47,025 nucleotides of DNA from an uncultured Candidatus Saccharibacteria bacterium (GTDB lineage: Bacteria > Patescibacteriota > Saccharimonadia > Saccharimonadales > Saccharimonadaceae): NCBI GenBank assembly GCA_963546555.1, contig CAUUND010000001.1:1-47025 (forward strand), in the 5' to 3' direction. Shown here one piece after another: positions 35,713-45,301 of this stretch. The first letter of the stretch is position 1. Each line of letters starts with the position of its first letter. The translations under genes were made by a program, and so were the position numbers. The notes beneath the pieces are model-generated. The model was given only the letters and a program-made list of their open reading frames with translations. It was not told the DNA's origin and did not search any database.

Positions 35713-36087
35713 CTAAGCTAGCTCAACGGTAGCGCCGGCGTCTTCCAGGGCTTTCTTGGCTGTCTCAGCCTCGTCTTTACTAACTTTCTCCTTGACTGCC
35801 TTGGGGGCGTCCTCGACAATGGCTTTCGCCTCGCCCAAGCTCAGACCGGTGATCTCCTTGACCGCCTTGATAACGGCGACCTTTTGTCCACCGACTTCCT
35901 TGAGGACTACGTCAAACTCTGTCTTCTCCTCACCGGCGTCAGCACTGGCAGCCGGACCGGCTGCTACAGCGACAGCTGCCGCAGCCGGCTCGATACCGTA
36001 TTCGTCTTTTAATACGTTCTTTAGCTCGTTGACCTCAAGTACGGTCAACTTGGTTAGCTCTTCTGCTAATTTCTTTACATCAGCCAT
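35713..36087 (-). CDS. rplL: 50S ribosomal protein L7/L12
   Basis: [45 protein letters not shown]. Confidence 0.98.
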   Translation of the reverse strand: MADVKKLAEELTKLTVLEVNELKNVLKDEYGIEPAAAAVAVAAGPAASADAGEEKTEFDVVLKEVGGQKVAVIKAVKEITGLSLGEAKAIVEDAPKAVKEKVSKDEAETAKKALEDAGATVELA

Positions 36088-36122
36088 AGTTATCTCCTTA
36101 GATATTTATTATGATTACCGAA

Positions 36123-36647
36123 TTACGCCGAAGCGTGGTCAGCAACGCCATCCAGCAATGCCGATAGATTGCCGGACAGTGCATTGACGGTGTCGTTGAC
36201 CGGTGACAGCAGCTGAGCCACCGTCTGAGCGATCAGCTCGTTCTTGGTCGGTAGCTTAGCTAGATCAGTCACTTCAGTCGTGTTCAGGCTCTGCCCCAGG
36301 CTATTAAAGGCCCCAACCAGCTTAAGCTCGGGAGTTTTATCAGCGAACTGAGCCAGCACCTTAGCCGGCAGCACCTCGTCGTCATTGGAAATGGCGTAGA
36401 GCACTTGCCCCTTCATAGCGCTAGTGTCAGTCTGTTTCAGCGCATCATGCTGATCCATGGCGACTCTCATCAGGCGATTCTTGACCACCTTGATGGCGAC
36501 ACCATTTTCTCTCGCTTGACGACGCAATTGCTGCAGGTCAGCCACGCTAATACCGCTGTACTCGGCGTAGACAACCATCTGTGCATCAGCCAGATCTTGG
36601 ACTAATTCGGCAACCAAAGCTTCTTTCTTGCTACGTGATATAGCCAT
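36123..36647 (-). CDS. rplJ: 50S ribosomal protein L10
   Basis: EYSGISVADLQQLRR, KVVKNRL, LAKLPTKNEL. Confidence 0.97.
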   Translation of the reverse strand: MAISRSKKEALVAELVQDLADAQMVVYAEYSGISVADLQQLRRQARENGVAIKVVKNRLMRVAMDQHDALKQTDTSAMKGQVLYAISNDDEVLPAKVLAQFADKTPELKLVGAFNSLGQSLNTTEVTDLAKLPTKNELIAQTVAQLLSPVNDTVNALSGNLSALLDGVADHASA

Positions 36648-36786
36648 AAATCTCCTTTGGTTTTAGATAGTTTTAGATAAATGCGAACCTAATTGTTAAG
36701 GTATCGTTATCTAGAAAAGGGTTTATCTCGGTAGCTTGATTAAGTGCTATTACTCTTATAGCGACCGCCACTGTCTCTGATAACGT
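36648..36786 (-). promoter_or_regulatory. L10 ribosomal leader
   Basis: Minus strand ..TCAGAGACAGTGG..TTAAT..CTACCGAGAT.. matches the AGACAG/UUAA/CCGAG core of L10 leaders, directly upstream of rplJ. Confidence 0.75.
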
Positions 36787-36833
36787 TACAAGTATAGTAG
36801 CAGATATGGCGATAAGTTCAAGCGTTGCAACAC

Positions 36834-37478
36834 TCAGTCGGCATTATCCTGCTCAACCAGCTTGCCCGCCTTTAATCTGAGTACTATATCTGCCGTCTTC
36901 GCCAGACGCTTGCTGTGAGTGACCACGATGACACACTTGTTGTCCTGCTTGGTCACCCGGTGGAGTATATCGATGATATCACCGGCCGTCGCTTCATCCA
37001 GATTGCCGGTTGGCTCATCCGCCAAGATAATCGGCGCCGGTGATACCAGTGCTCTGCCGATAGCCACTCGCTGTTGCTGTCCTCCGGAGAGCTTCATGAC
37101 ATTGCGGTTGATATGCTCATCATCCAGCCCCATCGTGCGTAAAGTCTCGGTGGTGGCTCGAGGGTTAACCAGCTTAAGGTTCTCCAGTGGTGTGAGATAG
37201 TCGATCAGATTGTAATTCTGAAAGACGAGTGAGACGTGATGCTTGCGGTGATAAGAATAACCCTGCTGAACGATATCCTTATTCTTAAACAAGATTTGCC
37301 CACCGGTCGGCTTATCCAGCCCGGCTAATAGCCCCAGTAGCGTTGACTTGCCGGTGCCGGAATTACCCACGATGGCATAGAACTTGCCCTGCTCAAACTG
37401 ATAGTTAGCTCCGCTCAGTACGTTCTTGGTGCCGTCAGCATACGAGTAGGCGATATTCTGTAGCGTTAATATAGACAT
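36834..37478 (-). CDS. ABC transporter ATP-binding protein (Vex2-like)
   Basis: [50 protein letters not shown]. Confidence 0.93.
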   Translation of the reverse strand: MSILTLQNIAYSYADGTKNVLSGANYQFEQGKFYAIVGNSGTGKSTLLGLLAGLDKPTGGQILFKNKDIVQQGYSYHRKHHVSLVFQNYNLIDYLTPLENLKLVNPRATTETLRTMGLDDEHINRNVMKLSGGQQQRVAIGRALVSPAPIILADEPTGNLDEATAGDIIDILHRVTKQDNKCVIVVTHSKRLAKTADIVLRLKAGKLVEQDNAD

Positions 37479-37486
37479 AGTCCTCC

Positions 37487-38722
37487 TTAATTCATTTTAC
37501 TTAAAATACGTTTGGGCGGTTGGCTCATTATCGGCGTCATGGCAACGACGGTTGATAGCCCCATCACCAAGTAGCCTAAAGCAAACGCCGTAAGATAAGC
37601 GACCGGTGCTACGACCGCCTCGCCCGAGCTCCCGGCTAATTGATTATGGTCTACCGACGAAGTCAGGCTTGCTGATAGTTGCGCTGAGATAACTGAGCCG
37701 ACCAGGGTGGCACAGACGGAGCTGACTACAGCTACAACCGCCAGCTCAATGATGAACTGCCCGACAATCTGACGCTTCGGCGTACCAATCGCCAGCAAGA
37801 TGCCGATCTCGTGCAATCGCCCCCTCACCCAGAAGACCAGCACCAGCGACATAACCACCAGCCCCGTCACCGCCACAGCGATGGTGGCGATAGTTAGGAT
37901 GCGCTGAACTCGCATGATGTTTTCCAGTACACCGGCGAAGGAGGTGGCGTTATCGGTCAGATTGTATCGACCCCAATCTACGCCGGACAACTTCCGAGCT
38001 TGATCGGTAACTTCTTTGAGCCGGTCCGGACGCTTGACCAGATACGTGGCTCCGGTTAAAGCCGTGCTGCCGTTGAGTTGCTGCGCTGTTTCAAGATTAG
38101 TGATTAGCCGATTCTCCGCCATCTCGGCCGGCATGATAGTCGGCTTTTCGTCCTTACCGTCAAATATACCGACGATCGTGACCGTCACTCGCCGCTCCCC
38201 CTTAGTGATCACCATCTGATCACCCGGCTTGAGTTTGTTCTGTTCGGCGAATGCCTCGTGGACTAACGCTACGTTCCGGCTACCGGGCGTGATGTGTTTG
38301 CCCCGCCTTAAGCGATAGAGTCTACCGGTGAATTCACTCAAGTAGTCACTTCTCTCCACTCCGATCAGCTTAGTTTCCTCGGTCGGCCGGTCATCCAGCT
38401 GAACTCCTCGATTAGTCGCCTCAACCAAGTGTTTATCCGGTAGAGCTGCGACTACTTCCACTTGGTAGTTATGCGCCTTGACCCCCTTAAGCTGACTGAC
38501 CTTCCAGGCTAGGCTACTCGGTACGATATCTGATGTCCGCCGGCTGGTTAAGCTAAAGCCCGCTCTGATACCACCTTCAATAGATTTTCTTAGCTGCTCC
38601 ATGGTATGCTGTACGGTCAAAGTGCTAACCAGTAGAGTTAGAACCAGGGTCATGATCAGACCGATGACGAAACTGCGCTGACGCTTGCGTCGGACAGCTA
38701 CTAAAGCTTGCTTGATCATCAC
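37487..38722 (-). CDS. FtsX/MacB-type ABC permease (Vex1-like)
   Basis: N-terminal TM, large extracellular loop, RLHEIGILLAIG, C-terminal PKRIL. Confidence 0.88.
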   Translation of the reverse strand: MMIKQALVAVRRKRQRSFVIGLIMTLVLTLLVSTLTVQHTMEQLRKSIEGGIRAGFSLTSRRTSDIVPSSLAWKVSQLKGVKAHNYQVEVVAALPDKHLVEATNRGVQLDDRPTEETKLIGVERSDYLSEFTGRLYRLRRGKHITPGSRNVALVHEAFAEQNKLKPGDQMVITKGERRVTVTIVGIFDGKDEKPTIMPAEMAENRLITNLETAQQLNGSTALTGATYLVKRPDRLKEVTDQARKLSGVDWGRYNLTDNATSFAGVLENIMRVQRILTIATIAVAVTGLVVMSLVLVFWVRGRLHEIGILLAIGTPKRQIVGQFIIELAVVAVVSSVCATLVGSVISAQLSASLTSSVDHNQLAGSSGEAVVAPVAYLTAFALGYLVMGLSTVVAMTPIMSQPPKRILSKMN

Positions 38723-38729
38723 ACTCCTC

Positions 38730-40112
38730 CTAGCTTATGTCGGTTAATAGCTTCTTCGGCGTTGACCCGGTGATTGGACGAGAAGCGAATAGCACGGCGA
38801 TGACGATCACCACTAGTCCCACCCCCCACACCGCTATCAGGTCAGCCGGAGTAGTACCGACGGTTACTTTGTCTAAGGTGCGAGACGAAGTGACCGAATC
38901 AGCATCAGCCCCCAGCGAAGCTCCGTTGAGAGATTCGCTCGCCTGGCTCGCAGCAGCTTGCGAGGCCTGCGACACCATCTGGTTGCCTAGCTGCTGAGCG
39001 ATTAGCCCGGAAGTAAAGTAGGACGCACCGAAGCTGAGTATGGCTATCATGATCAGCTCGGCTACGTACTGCAAGATGACCTCAGACTGCGATATGCCGG
39101 TCGCCATCAGCACCCCCGCCTCACGCTTGCGCTCGTTCATCCACAGATATAGCACCATGCCAATCACAGCGATGCTGACCAGTGCAGTCGCCCAGAGCAT
39201 ACCATCCACCAGATGATAGACGCCATTCACCGACTCGGTCACACCGGCTAACTCTTGACTATTCTTGTTCAGCTGATATTTATTCCAGTCAACCGACAGT
39301 TGACGAGCTTGTTTCATCACCTCGTCAAGCTGCTTACTACCTTTAGTGAAGAAATTGGCGTCTTGGTAAATCTCATTCTGCGCCGTATAAGCATTGAGTT
39401 GACGAGTCGTCGCTATGTCGGTCAGGAAGATATTCTCAAAGAGTTCCACCTGATAGGCAGCCTCCTTGGGATTCTTCCCGCTAAAGATGCCGACGACCTC
39501 GACCTCCACTTCGTCCTTTGACGGGTGCTCATTATCGGTGTCGTATTGGTTGGCCTTGAGTTTAAGCTTACTACCCAGCTTGAGCTTATTTGCCTTAGCA
39601 AAAGCCTGGTGTACCAATATCTTGTGGCTATCTTGCTCAGTGATGTGACGCCCCGCCACCAGTTTGAGTGACCCCGCACGAAACTTGTTCTCCAGCTCTG
39701 ATTTGTTGACTCCTAGAATTGTTGCCGCATTGCCGAACTGCTTGTCCTTCTCGGCATCATAGCCACTACCGCCATTGGACAAGGGTACTAACTTGGTGCC
39801 AGTGAAGTCCACCGTAGCATTCTGGCGCTTGACATAGTCGGTCACCCCCGGCAGTTTCCTGATCTCATCGATAGCTTTACCCGAGACAGTGCCCGAGCCA
39901 CGAGCCGTGCCGGGATTGGTGCGAGGATTGTTCCCCAGGTTAAAACCGACTTTCAGCGTTTTATCCAGCGACTGTGCCGCCCTGTCTGTCGAATGCTTGA
40001 TGGCGAAACCGCTGAGCATCACCGTCGCCATACAGAGCAAGATCGCCAGTAAGATCAGTGTTTTGAGCTTTTTCCTGGTGATATACAACCAAGCTCGTCG
40101 AATGAATGACAT
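38730..40112 (-). CDS. FtsX/MacB-type ABC permease (Vex3-like)
   Basis: NPRTNPGTARGSG, YVKRQNA, NQYDTDNE, ERKREAGVL; resembles pneumococcal Vex3 as recalled. Confidence 0.88.
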   Translation of the reverse strand: MSFIRRAWLYITRKKLKTLILLAILLCMATVMLSGFAIKHSTDRAAQSLDKTLKVGFNLGNNPRTNPGTARGSGTVSGKAIDEIRKLPGVTDYVKRQNATVDFTGTKLVPLSNGGSGYDAEKDKQFGNAATILGVNKSELENKFRAGSLKLVAGRHITEQDSHKILVHQAFAKANKLKLGSKLKLKANQYDTDNEHPSKDEVEVEVVGIFSGKNPKEAAYQVELFENIFLTDIATTRQLNAYTAQNEIYQDANFFTKGSKQLDEVMKQARQLSVDWNKYQLNKNSQELAGVTESVNGVYHLVDGMLWATALVSIAVIGMVLYLWMNERKREAGVLMATGISQSEVILQYVAELIMIAILSFGASYFTSGLIAQQLGNQMVSQASQAAASQASESLNGASLGADADSVTSSRTLDKVTVGTTPADLIAVWGVGLVVIVIAVLFASRPITGSTPKKLLTDIS

Positions 40113-40140
40113 TTTCCTCCTTTCAAATATATCCTGAGCT

Positions 40141-40175
40141 AATCTAGCAGGTATATGTGAAATGAGTATGAAATG
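40141..40175 (-). promoter_or_regulatory. Promoter of the ABC operon with an OmpR-type tandem direct repeat
   Basis: TGTGAAATG (40156-40164) and TATGAAATG (40167-40175), 11-bp period, next to a minus-strand TGCTAGATT -10 (40149-40141). Confidence 0.65.
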
Positions 40176-40223
40176 GCGTGAGCGCTACAGACAATTAACG
40201 GTGTCTCTGCGATAGAGGTGTAA

Positions 40224-41609
40224 TTATGGAAAATTGATAGTGAAGGCCATACCCTGCTTGACCGGAGAGAAGCTGTATTCCAGCCCCTTAGCCTCTAGCA
40301 GCATTTTGACGATATATAGCCCCACCCCGCTGCCGTCTGACTCCGACGACGCTTGGCGATCTGTGTGGTAAAAGGGGTCGAACACTCGCTGTAGCTGTGC
40401 CTGAGTCAGTGGCTGGCATTTATTGGTTACCACCAATCTATGCTGACGGCAGGTAATCTTGACCACGCTGCCCACCTCGCTATAGCGTACGGCATTTGAG
40501 ACCAGGTTAGAGATGACGTGGCGCATCATATCGTAGTTAACCTTAACGAAAGTTGGCGCCAGATCCGGCCGACAGGTGACCCGACGAGCTTTGGCTAGCA
40601 AGTGATAATCATCGACTACCTCAGCAACGATCTGATCGATCCGCAACTTCTTCTCATCCCGCAAGGCATTCTCAGCTAGACTACCCGCCTTTAAGACGTC
40701 GTTGACCATTTTAGTCAGACGATCAACCTGCGCTAGCGATTCCGCCAGGTAGCGGTCACGGTCTTGATACTCGCCGATATTCAGCTGCATATTCTCCAGC
40801 ATAATTCGCAGGCTGGTAAGTGGTGTCTTAAGCTCGTGCGATGTAGCCCTTAGCAGCACCAACCTCTCTTTCTCTAGCTTGCTAATTCGCCTATTTTCCT
40901 GCTCCAGCGAGCGGATCATTTGCCATAGGCTCTGATAAAGCTCGTTAATGTTGCGTCCCAGCACGCCAATCTCATCGCTACTCTCGACCGAATACTGCAC
41001 TCCTTTCTCCAGGCGCTGCATCAGAGTGGTGACCTTAGCCATCCGGCGAATCGGCTTGGTTATGAATCGACTATAGCAGTAGGAAAAGAGCAGTGCCACC
41101 AGTAGCGAAGCAGATACCGTATAAGGCAGGGCATGGAGTGTCGCCAGCTTAGCTTGCTTGACCGGCTCAACATTCACCAGCAGTCTGACACTAAGCTTTC
41201 GTCCATCGGCATCTTTTAAGCTGCCCTGCTTTAGGATCACCGAGCGTGGATCGACTGACTGCCCATCGGCGATCTTGACCACATCAACGTCAGCCGACTT
41301 GCCCCTATCTGTCACGATGTTGATCGTCTGAAATCCTTGGAAGTAGTCGTCTCGCCCGCTAGCAGTCAGAGTGATGTTGACATTCTTAGCGACAGAAAAC
41401 TTCTGACAAATTTGACGCATCTGGCTAAGCGACTGGTCCTTTAACTGAGCCTCCAGCGAAGCCAAGCTCTCCGAAGCTTCTTGCTGCTTTTGGTTGAGAT
41501 AAAGCTGAGGCATCAGGATGTAGATCAGCAGATGCATCAGTACGATTAGCGCCAGGAAGAGCCCCATCGAGACTAAGAAGGTCTTCGGGAAGAGCTTAAG
41601 ACGCTTCAT
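40224..41609 (-). CDS. HAMP-domain sensor histidine kinase (VncS-like)
   Basis: Two TM helices, HAMP (DEIGVLGRNIN), H-box SHELKTPL, NLVSNAVRY, GSGVGLYIV. Confidence 0.93.
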   Translation of the reverse strand: MKRLKLFPKTFLVSMGLFLALIVLMHLLIYILMPQLYLNQKQQEASESLASLEAQLKDQSLSQMRQICQKFSVAKNVNITLTASGRDDYFQGFQTINIVTDRGKSADVDVVKIADGQSVDPRSVILKQGSLKDADGRKLSVRLLVNVEPVKQAKLATLHALPYTVSASLLVALLFSYCYSRFITKPIRRMAKVTTLMQRLEKGVQYSVESSDEIGVLGRNINELYQSLWQMIRSLEQENRRISKLEKERLVLLRATSHELKTPLTSLRIMLENMQLNIGEYQDRDRYLAESLAQVDRLTKMVNDVLKAGSLAENALRDEKKLRIDQIVAEVVDDYHLLAKARRVTCRPDLAPTFVKVNYDMMRHVISNLVSNAVRYSEVGSVVKITCRQHRLVVTNKCQPLTQAQLQRVFDPFYHTDRQASSESDGSGVGLYIVKMLLEAKGLEYSFSPVKQGMAFTINFP

Positions 41610-42252
41610 AGCGATAACCGACCCCCTTAACGGTAACGATACAGTCGAGCCGCAGCTTGTGACGCAGGTTCTTGATATAGACATCTATTACTCGATCAAA
41701 GGGCACATCTGCTGCATCGTGCCATAGCCTTTCGATAATCGTTTGACGAGACCAGACTACACCGGGATTATCCACCAGAAGCTTTAGAAGCTGGACTTCT
41801 TTGGGCTTGAGATGAGCGTCACTACCATCATAAAAGCCCTGGTACGCCTCGAAATCTACCGTGGCCAAGCCTCGTCGCCATTGAGCCTTGGTAGCCGACC
41901 TCTGACGTCGCAATAGAGCTCGGATGTGCTTCTCCAGGATCACCAGCGAGAAGGGCTTACTGATATAATCATCCGCCAGTTCGTCGAAGCTGGCGATCTG
42001 GGTCGGCTCGTCCTGCAGAGCCGTCAGCATCAATACCGGCACATCGCTCTGCTGACGAATACGACTGAGCACCTCTATACCGCTTAGGCCCGGCAACATG
42101 ATATCTAAGATCACCACATCCGCTCGGCTATGCTTAGCCAGTGCCTCCTCGCCACTAGTGGCAACTAACACCGTAAAGCCACGTTGGCGCAGAAACAGCT
42201 CCGTGCCATGACGAACCGCCGGCTCGTCCTCAACTAAGAGCAGAGTGCCCAC
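41596..42252 (-). CDS. OmpR-family response regulator (VncR-like)
   Basis: LLVEDE, ILDIMLP, KPFS, VPFDRVIDVYIKNLRHKLRLDCIVTVKGVGY. Confidence 0.95.
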   Translation of the reverse strand: MGTLLLVEDEPAVRHGTELFLRQRGFTVLVATSGEEALAKHSRADVVILDIMLPGLSGIEVLSRIRQQSDVPVLMLTALQDEPTQIASFDELADDYISKPFSLVILEKHIRALLRRQRSATKAQWRRGLATVDFEAYQGFYDGSDAHLKPKEVQLLKLLVDNPGVVWSRQTIIERLWHDAADVPFDRVIDVYIKNLRHKLRLDCIVTVKGVGYRYEAS

Positions 42253-42258
42253 GCTCAG

Positions 42259-44109
42259 CTAGCTACTACCTCTCCCCGAAGTGTCACCTCGGCGTCGTCG
42301 ATACGCCTCCTCTGCACCGTACATATGCTTGACACGATCATCCCGCCAGACGATATCTCCCACGACGGGCGGTAGAGCTATCGTCCCGATAGTTCGGGTG
42401 ACGATACTCCTTGACTGCATTAAGTCACTGATAAAGCGGATAGCGTCTCGTTCACTTCTACCGATGCAAGGTCGGTCAGTGATGCCGTCGCCATTCTGAT
42501 CCTCCGGAAACGAACCAATCAGCATAGGCTTACCGATCCGCAGACGCCGTCGTCGAATATCCGCCAGCAGCTTCGCCCACTGCAACCGATCTTCACTCTT
42601 GATCAAGCCATTGCCATTATTTTTATAGATGATATGAGCCAGCTGCCCCGTCTGCATCGAGTCACGATACTCCCTGGTAACACACTGCAACTCGAAAGGA
42701 AGACCATGATAAAAGCCGGTAATCTTACCTAGGTGCAACGCCTCGGGCGATCCCACCTGGTGTAAGTCAAGCTGTGACGGGTCAATGTCTATTCCTCTCG
42801 CCATCCGGTTGATGAAGTCGTCCGTACCCCGCAGATGAATAGCCGAGGTACGAGAGGGCGATGGATACGGTACCAGCTGATTGTCGTCTCGGCACAGCCC
42901 TTTGACCATGGCGTTAAATAGCGCCTGCTGATCCGCCTCGTCCTTGACCACGGCGGTGATACCCAGGATATCCATCGGTATATGTTCGTTAGACCCACCC
43001 TCACACTCTCGCTGATACATCTTCCACGCCAGCGACCCGCTCGTCTTTAAGCGAAACCGCCAGGACACGTCGATCGGTTGCCCGTCAGCCCGCACCATAG
43101 TCGGCGCAGTATCACCGTAAACAGAATCATTGCCGTCATTGTAACTGACCGGCAAGTTTGGCTTTGGGTCGATATTATCATCACCAAAAAGTTGTTTAGT
43201 AATATCGCAAAAGGCAGTCTGAGCATTGTGCGCAACGCTATGATTGCCGTCGAAATCTTGAAAGCGCTCCAGGATAGCGTCAGCTCGCATGATCAGGTCG
43301 CCTCGACCACCATAGTTGAGACGCACCTTTTTCGATAGACCATTGAGCGACATGGCTAATGTATCATAGCCGATCACCTCGGCGACCGGAGCGATAAATT
43401 TCTCCGAGTAGAGCACCCGGTCAAAGGTCTTGCGGTTATCATCCTGGTGACTCTGTAGCCAGCGCAGCATCTCGACGCCGGAAATGAGCATTGACTCGAC
43501 GTTGATATCATTCACCATGCCATAGAGCACATCAGGCGTTACCAGCTGAGGGTCGGACAGCCATTCTTCCTGCTTTGGTCGGAAATAACAATCATGGCGA
43601 CTCTGCCCCTCGGTCATAATGCTCTTATAATACAGGTCAAGCCGGCGTCGATCCTGTAATAGTCCGGCGATATAAATATTCTCAGGATCATACACCTCGT
43701 CAGGTGTCTTACCATCGGCGAAGAAATGGCTCAGAGGCACTCCGCCCGATACCACGCCGATATTCCGGTTCTCGGCCAGACCGTCGTTGATATCCTCCAC
43801 CGTGCCCAATGCCGCTGCCACGTACGCCGACGATGCCAGCTCGTCGCCACAGTAGTTACGAATCATACGTTGCTGCTGATTGATATCAGACAGCTTGACT
43901 CGTTGTTCCATCTCGCCGACGTTCGCTTGATCGTAATGATCAACATCATTGATCGAAAAACACCGTTCCAGCGTCGCCCGAGCCTCGGTCGGGATATTGT
44001 TGTATGGATAAACGTGAGCGTAGCTCTCAGTATCCACCACCTCCTCGGTATTCTCCCTATCTTGATCGTTCGTCTCAGCCGACGAGCCGGCACTCTCATA
44101 ATTCTTCAT
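42259..44109 (-). CDS. Divergent RelA/SpoT homologue (degenerate HD region plus synthetase-like domain)
   Basis: AGLLQD, FIAPVAEVIGY, RLKTSGSLAWK, DILGITAV, FELQCVT, AHIIYK, in canonical RSH order. Confidence 0.72.
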   Translation of the reverse strand: MKNYESAGSSAETNDQDRENTEEVVDTESYAHVYPYNNIPTEARATLERCFSINDVDHYDQANVGEMEQRVKLSDINQQQRMIRNYCGDELASSAYVAAALGTVEDINDGLAENRNIGVVSGGVPLSHFFADGKTPDEVYDPENIYIAGLLQDRRRLDLYYKSIMTEGQSRHDCYFRPKQEEWLSDPQLVTPDVLYGMVNDINVESMLISGVEMLRWLQSHQDDNRKTFDRVLYSEKFIAPVAEVIGYDTLAMSLNGLSKKVRLNYGGRGDLIMRADAILERFQDFDGNHSVAHNAQTAFCDITKQLFGDDNIDPKPNLPVSYNDGNDSVYGDTAPTMVRADGQPIDVSWRFRLKTSGSLAWKMYQRECEGGSNEHIPMDILGITAVVKDEADQQALFNAMVKGLCRDDNQLVPYPSPSRTSAIHLRGTDDFINRMARGIDIDPSQLDLHQVGSPEALHLGKITGFYHGLPFELQCVTREYRDSMQTGQLAHIIYKNNGNGLIKSEDRLQWAKLLADIRRRRLRIGKPMLIGSFPEDQNGDGITDRPCIGRSERDAIRFISDLMQSRSIVTRTIGTIALPPVVGDIVWRDDRVKHMYGAEEAYRRRRGDTSGRGSS

Positions 44110-44169
44110 AAACCTAACGTTATTATAGCAAACTAAGCTCTAACGAGATATAACAATGCACTAGACGAC

Positions 44170-45222
44170 CTAACTTTCTTGAACCAATCGCCCGTAGCAA
44201 CTTAGCAATTGCCGCCAAGTACGACCGACTCCGGCCTGATCATCAAATCTCTGGTAACCGACCCCGGCGGATATGCCGCAAGCCAGAAAGGTGTCGTCAC
44301 CAACATAGATACCGACGTGGCTCAAGTTATTCTGCCGGTAGGACGTATCAAATGTCCCGGTAAAAAAGACCAGATCGCCGGGCTGCGCTTCGCTAGGCTG
44401 AATAGGCTGACACTTCTCATAGATACCGTCGTAAAAAGTGCCGTCAATCTGCCTGCCCGCTACCGGCAGACGCACTGCTCGCCCCTCGATCTGATTGCGG
44501 TAGCAGCACCCCAGGTGACACATAATAAAATCAATAAAACCCGAGCAGTCAAATGATGTCTCCGGGTCTGAGCCGCTCCAGACATATGGATAGCCGATAT
44601 ACGGCTCGCCAATCTTTAGCATCCGGTCTAACAGTGGGTACTGTCGGCGCAACTCACCGGACACCTGATAGCGTCGAACGACCGGTAGCGTGGAAGCATG
44701 AGGGTAGCTAGATACCGGGAATAAATCAGGACGTGAACCATGGCTACGCATATAGCCGGCATAACGAGCCAGCTGATCGTGATCCAGGATACTATCTACC
44801 GTACAATATAGATCATAATTAGTCAGCTTAACACTGAGATCAAGGAAACGGTCATCCAGTCGGTCAGTTGATTTGCCTCGGCATTCAGCCCGGTATTCAT
44901 CCGCTACGACCTTGCTAATAGTTAGCGTGTATTGTCGGCGTGGCTGACGAAGCTCTTTTAGAAGCGCCTGGATATCCGGATCATCCAGCTGAAAGTCCGG
45001 CTTAATGGCACTGGCCATGGCGATCAACACATAGGGGTCGTGCCCGACCTCATCTAGGCTAAACTTAGCATCGTGGTACCTATCAGACTCAGCTTTTAGC
45101 CGCTCAATCTTCCCCGTCAGCTCTTTCTCGTAATCCTGATAAGCTTGTTCAAGTCCATAAATATCCTTATCGCTAGCCAGGAAACAGGCGTCAGTCGCGC
45201 CGGCTGTGATTCGCTTTTCCAT
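44170..45222 (-). CDS. NlpC/P60 (C40) peptidase
   Basis: IGYPYVWSG..FDCSGF, PGDLVFF, SHVGIYVG. The N-terminal LDEVGHDPYVL segment recalls CD1108-like ICE proteins. Confidence 0.88.
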   Translation of the reverse strand: MEKRITAGATDACFLASDKDIYGLEQAYQDYEKELTGKIERLKAESDRYHDAKFSLDEVGHDPYVLIAMASAIKPDFQLDDPDIQALLKELRQPRRQYTLTISKVVADEYRAECRGKSTDRLDDRFLDLSVKLTNYDLYCTVDSILDHDQLARYAGYMRSHGSRPDLFPVSSYPHASTLPVVRRYQVSGELRRQYPLLDRMLKIGEPYIGYPYVWSGSDPETSFDCSGFIDFIMCHLGCCYRNQIEGRAVRLPVAGRQIDGTFYDGIYEKCQPIQPSEAQPGDLVFFTGTFDTSYRQNNLSHVGIYVGDDTFLACGISAGVGYQRFDDQAGVGRTWRQLLSCYGRLVQES

Positions 45223-45243
45223 CTCACCAATTTTAGCACATCT

Positions 45244-45283
45244 AAAAGAGGGCTGACACTCCCGGTGCCGACCCCTGCTTTTT
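45244..45283 (-). terminator. Terminator of rplKA
   Basis: Minus strand GGGGTCGGCAC-CGGGA-GTGTCAGCCCT-CTTTT (imperfect stem). Confidence 0.6.
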
Positions 45284-45301
45284 CAGAGTCAATCGGACAA
45301 G

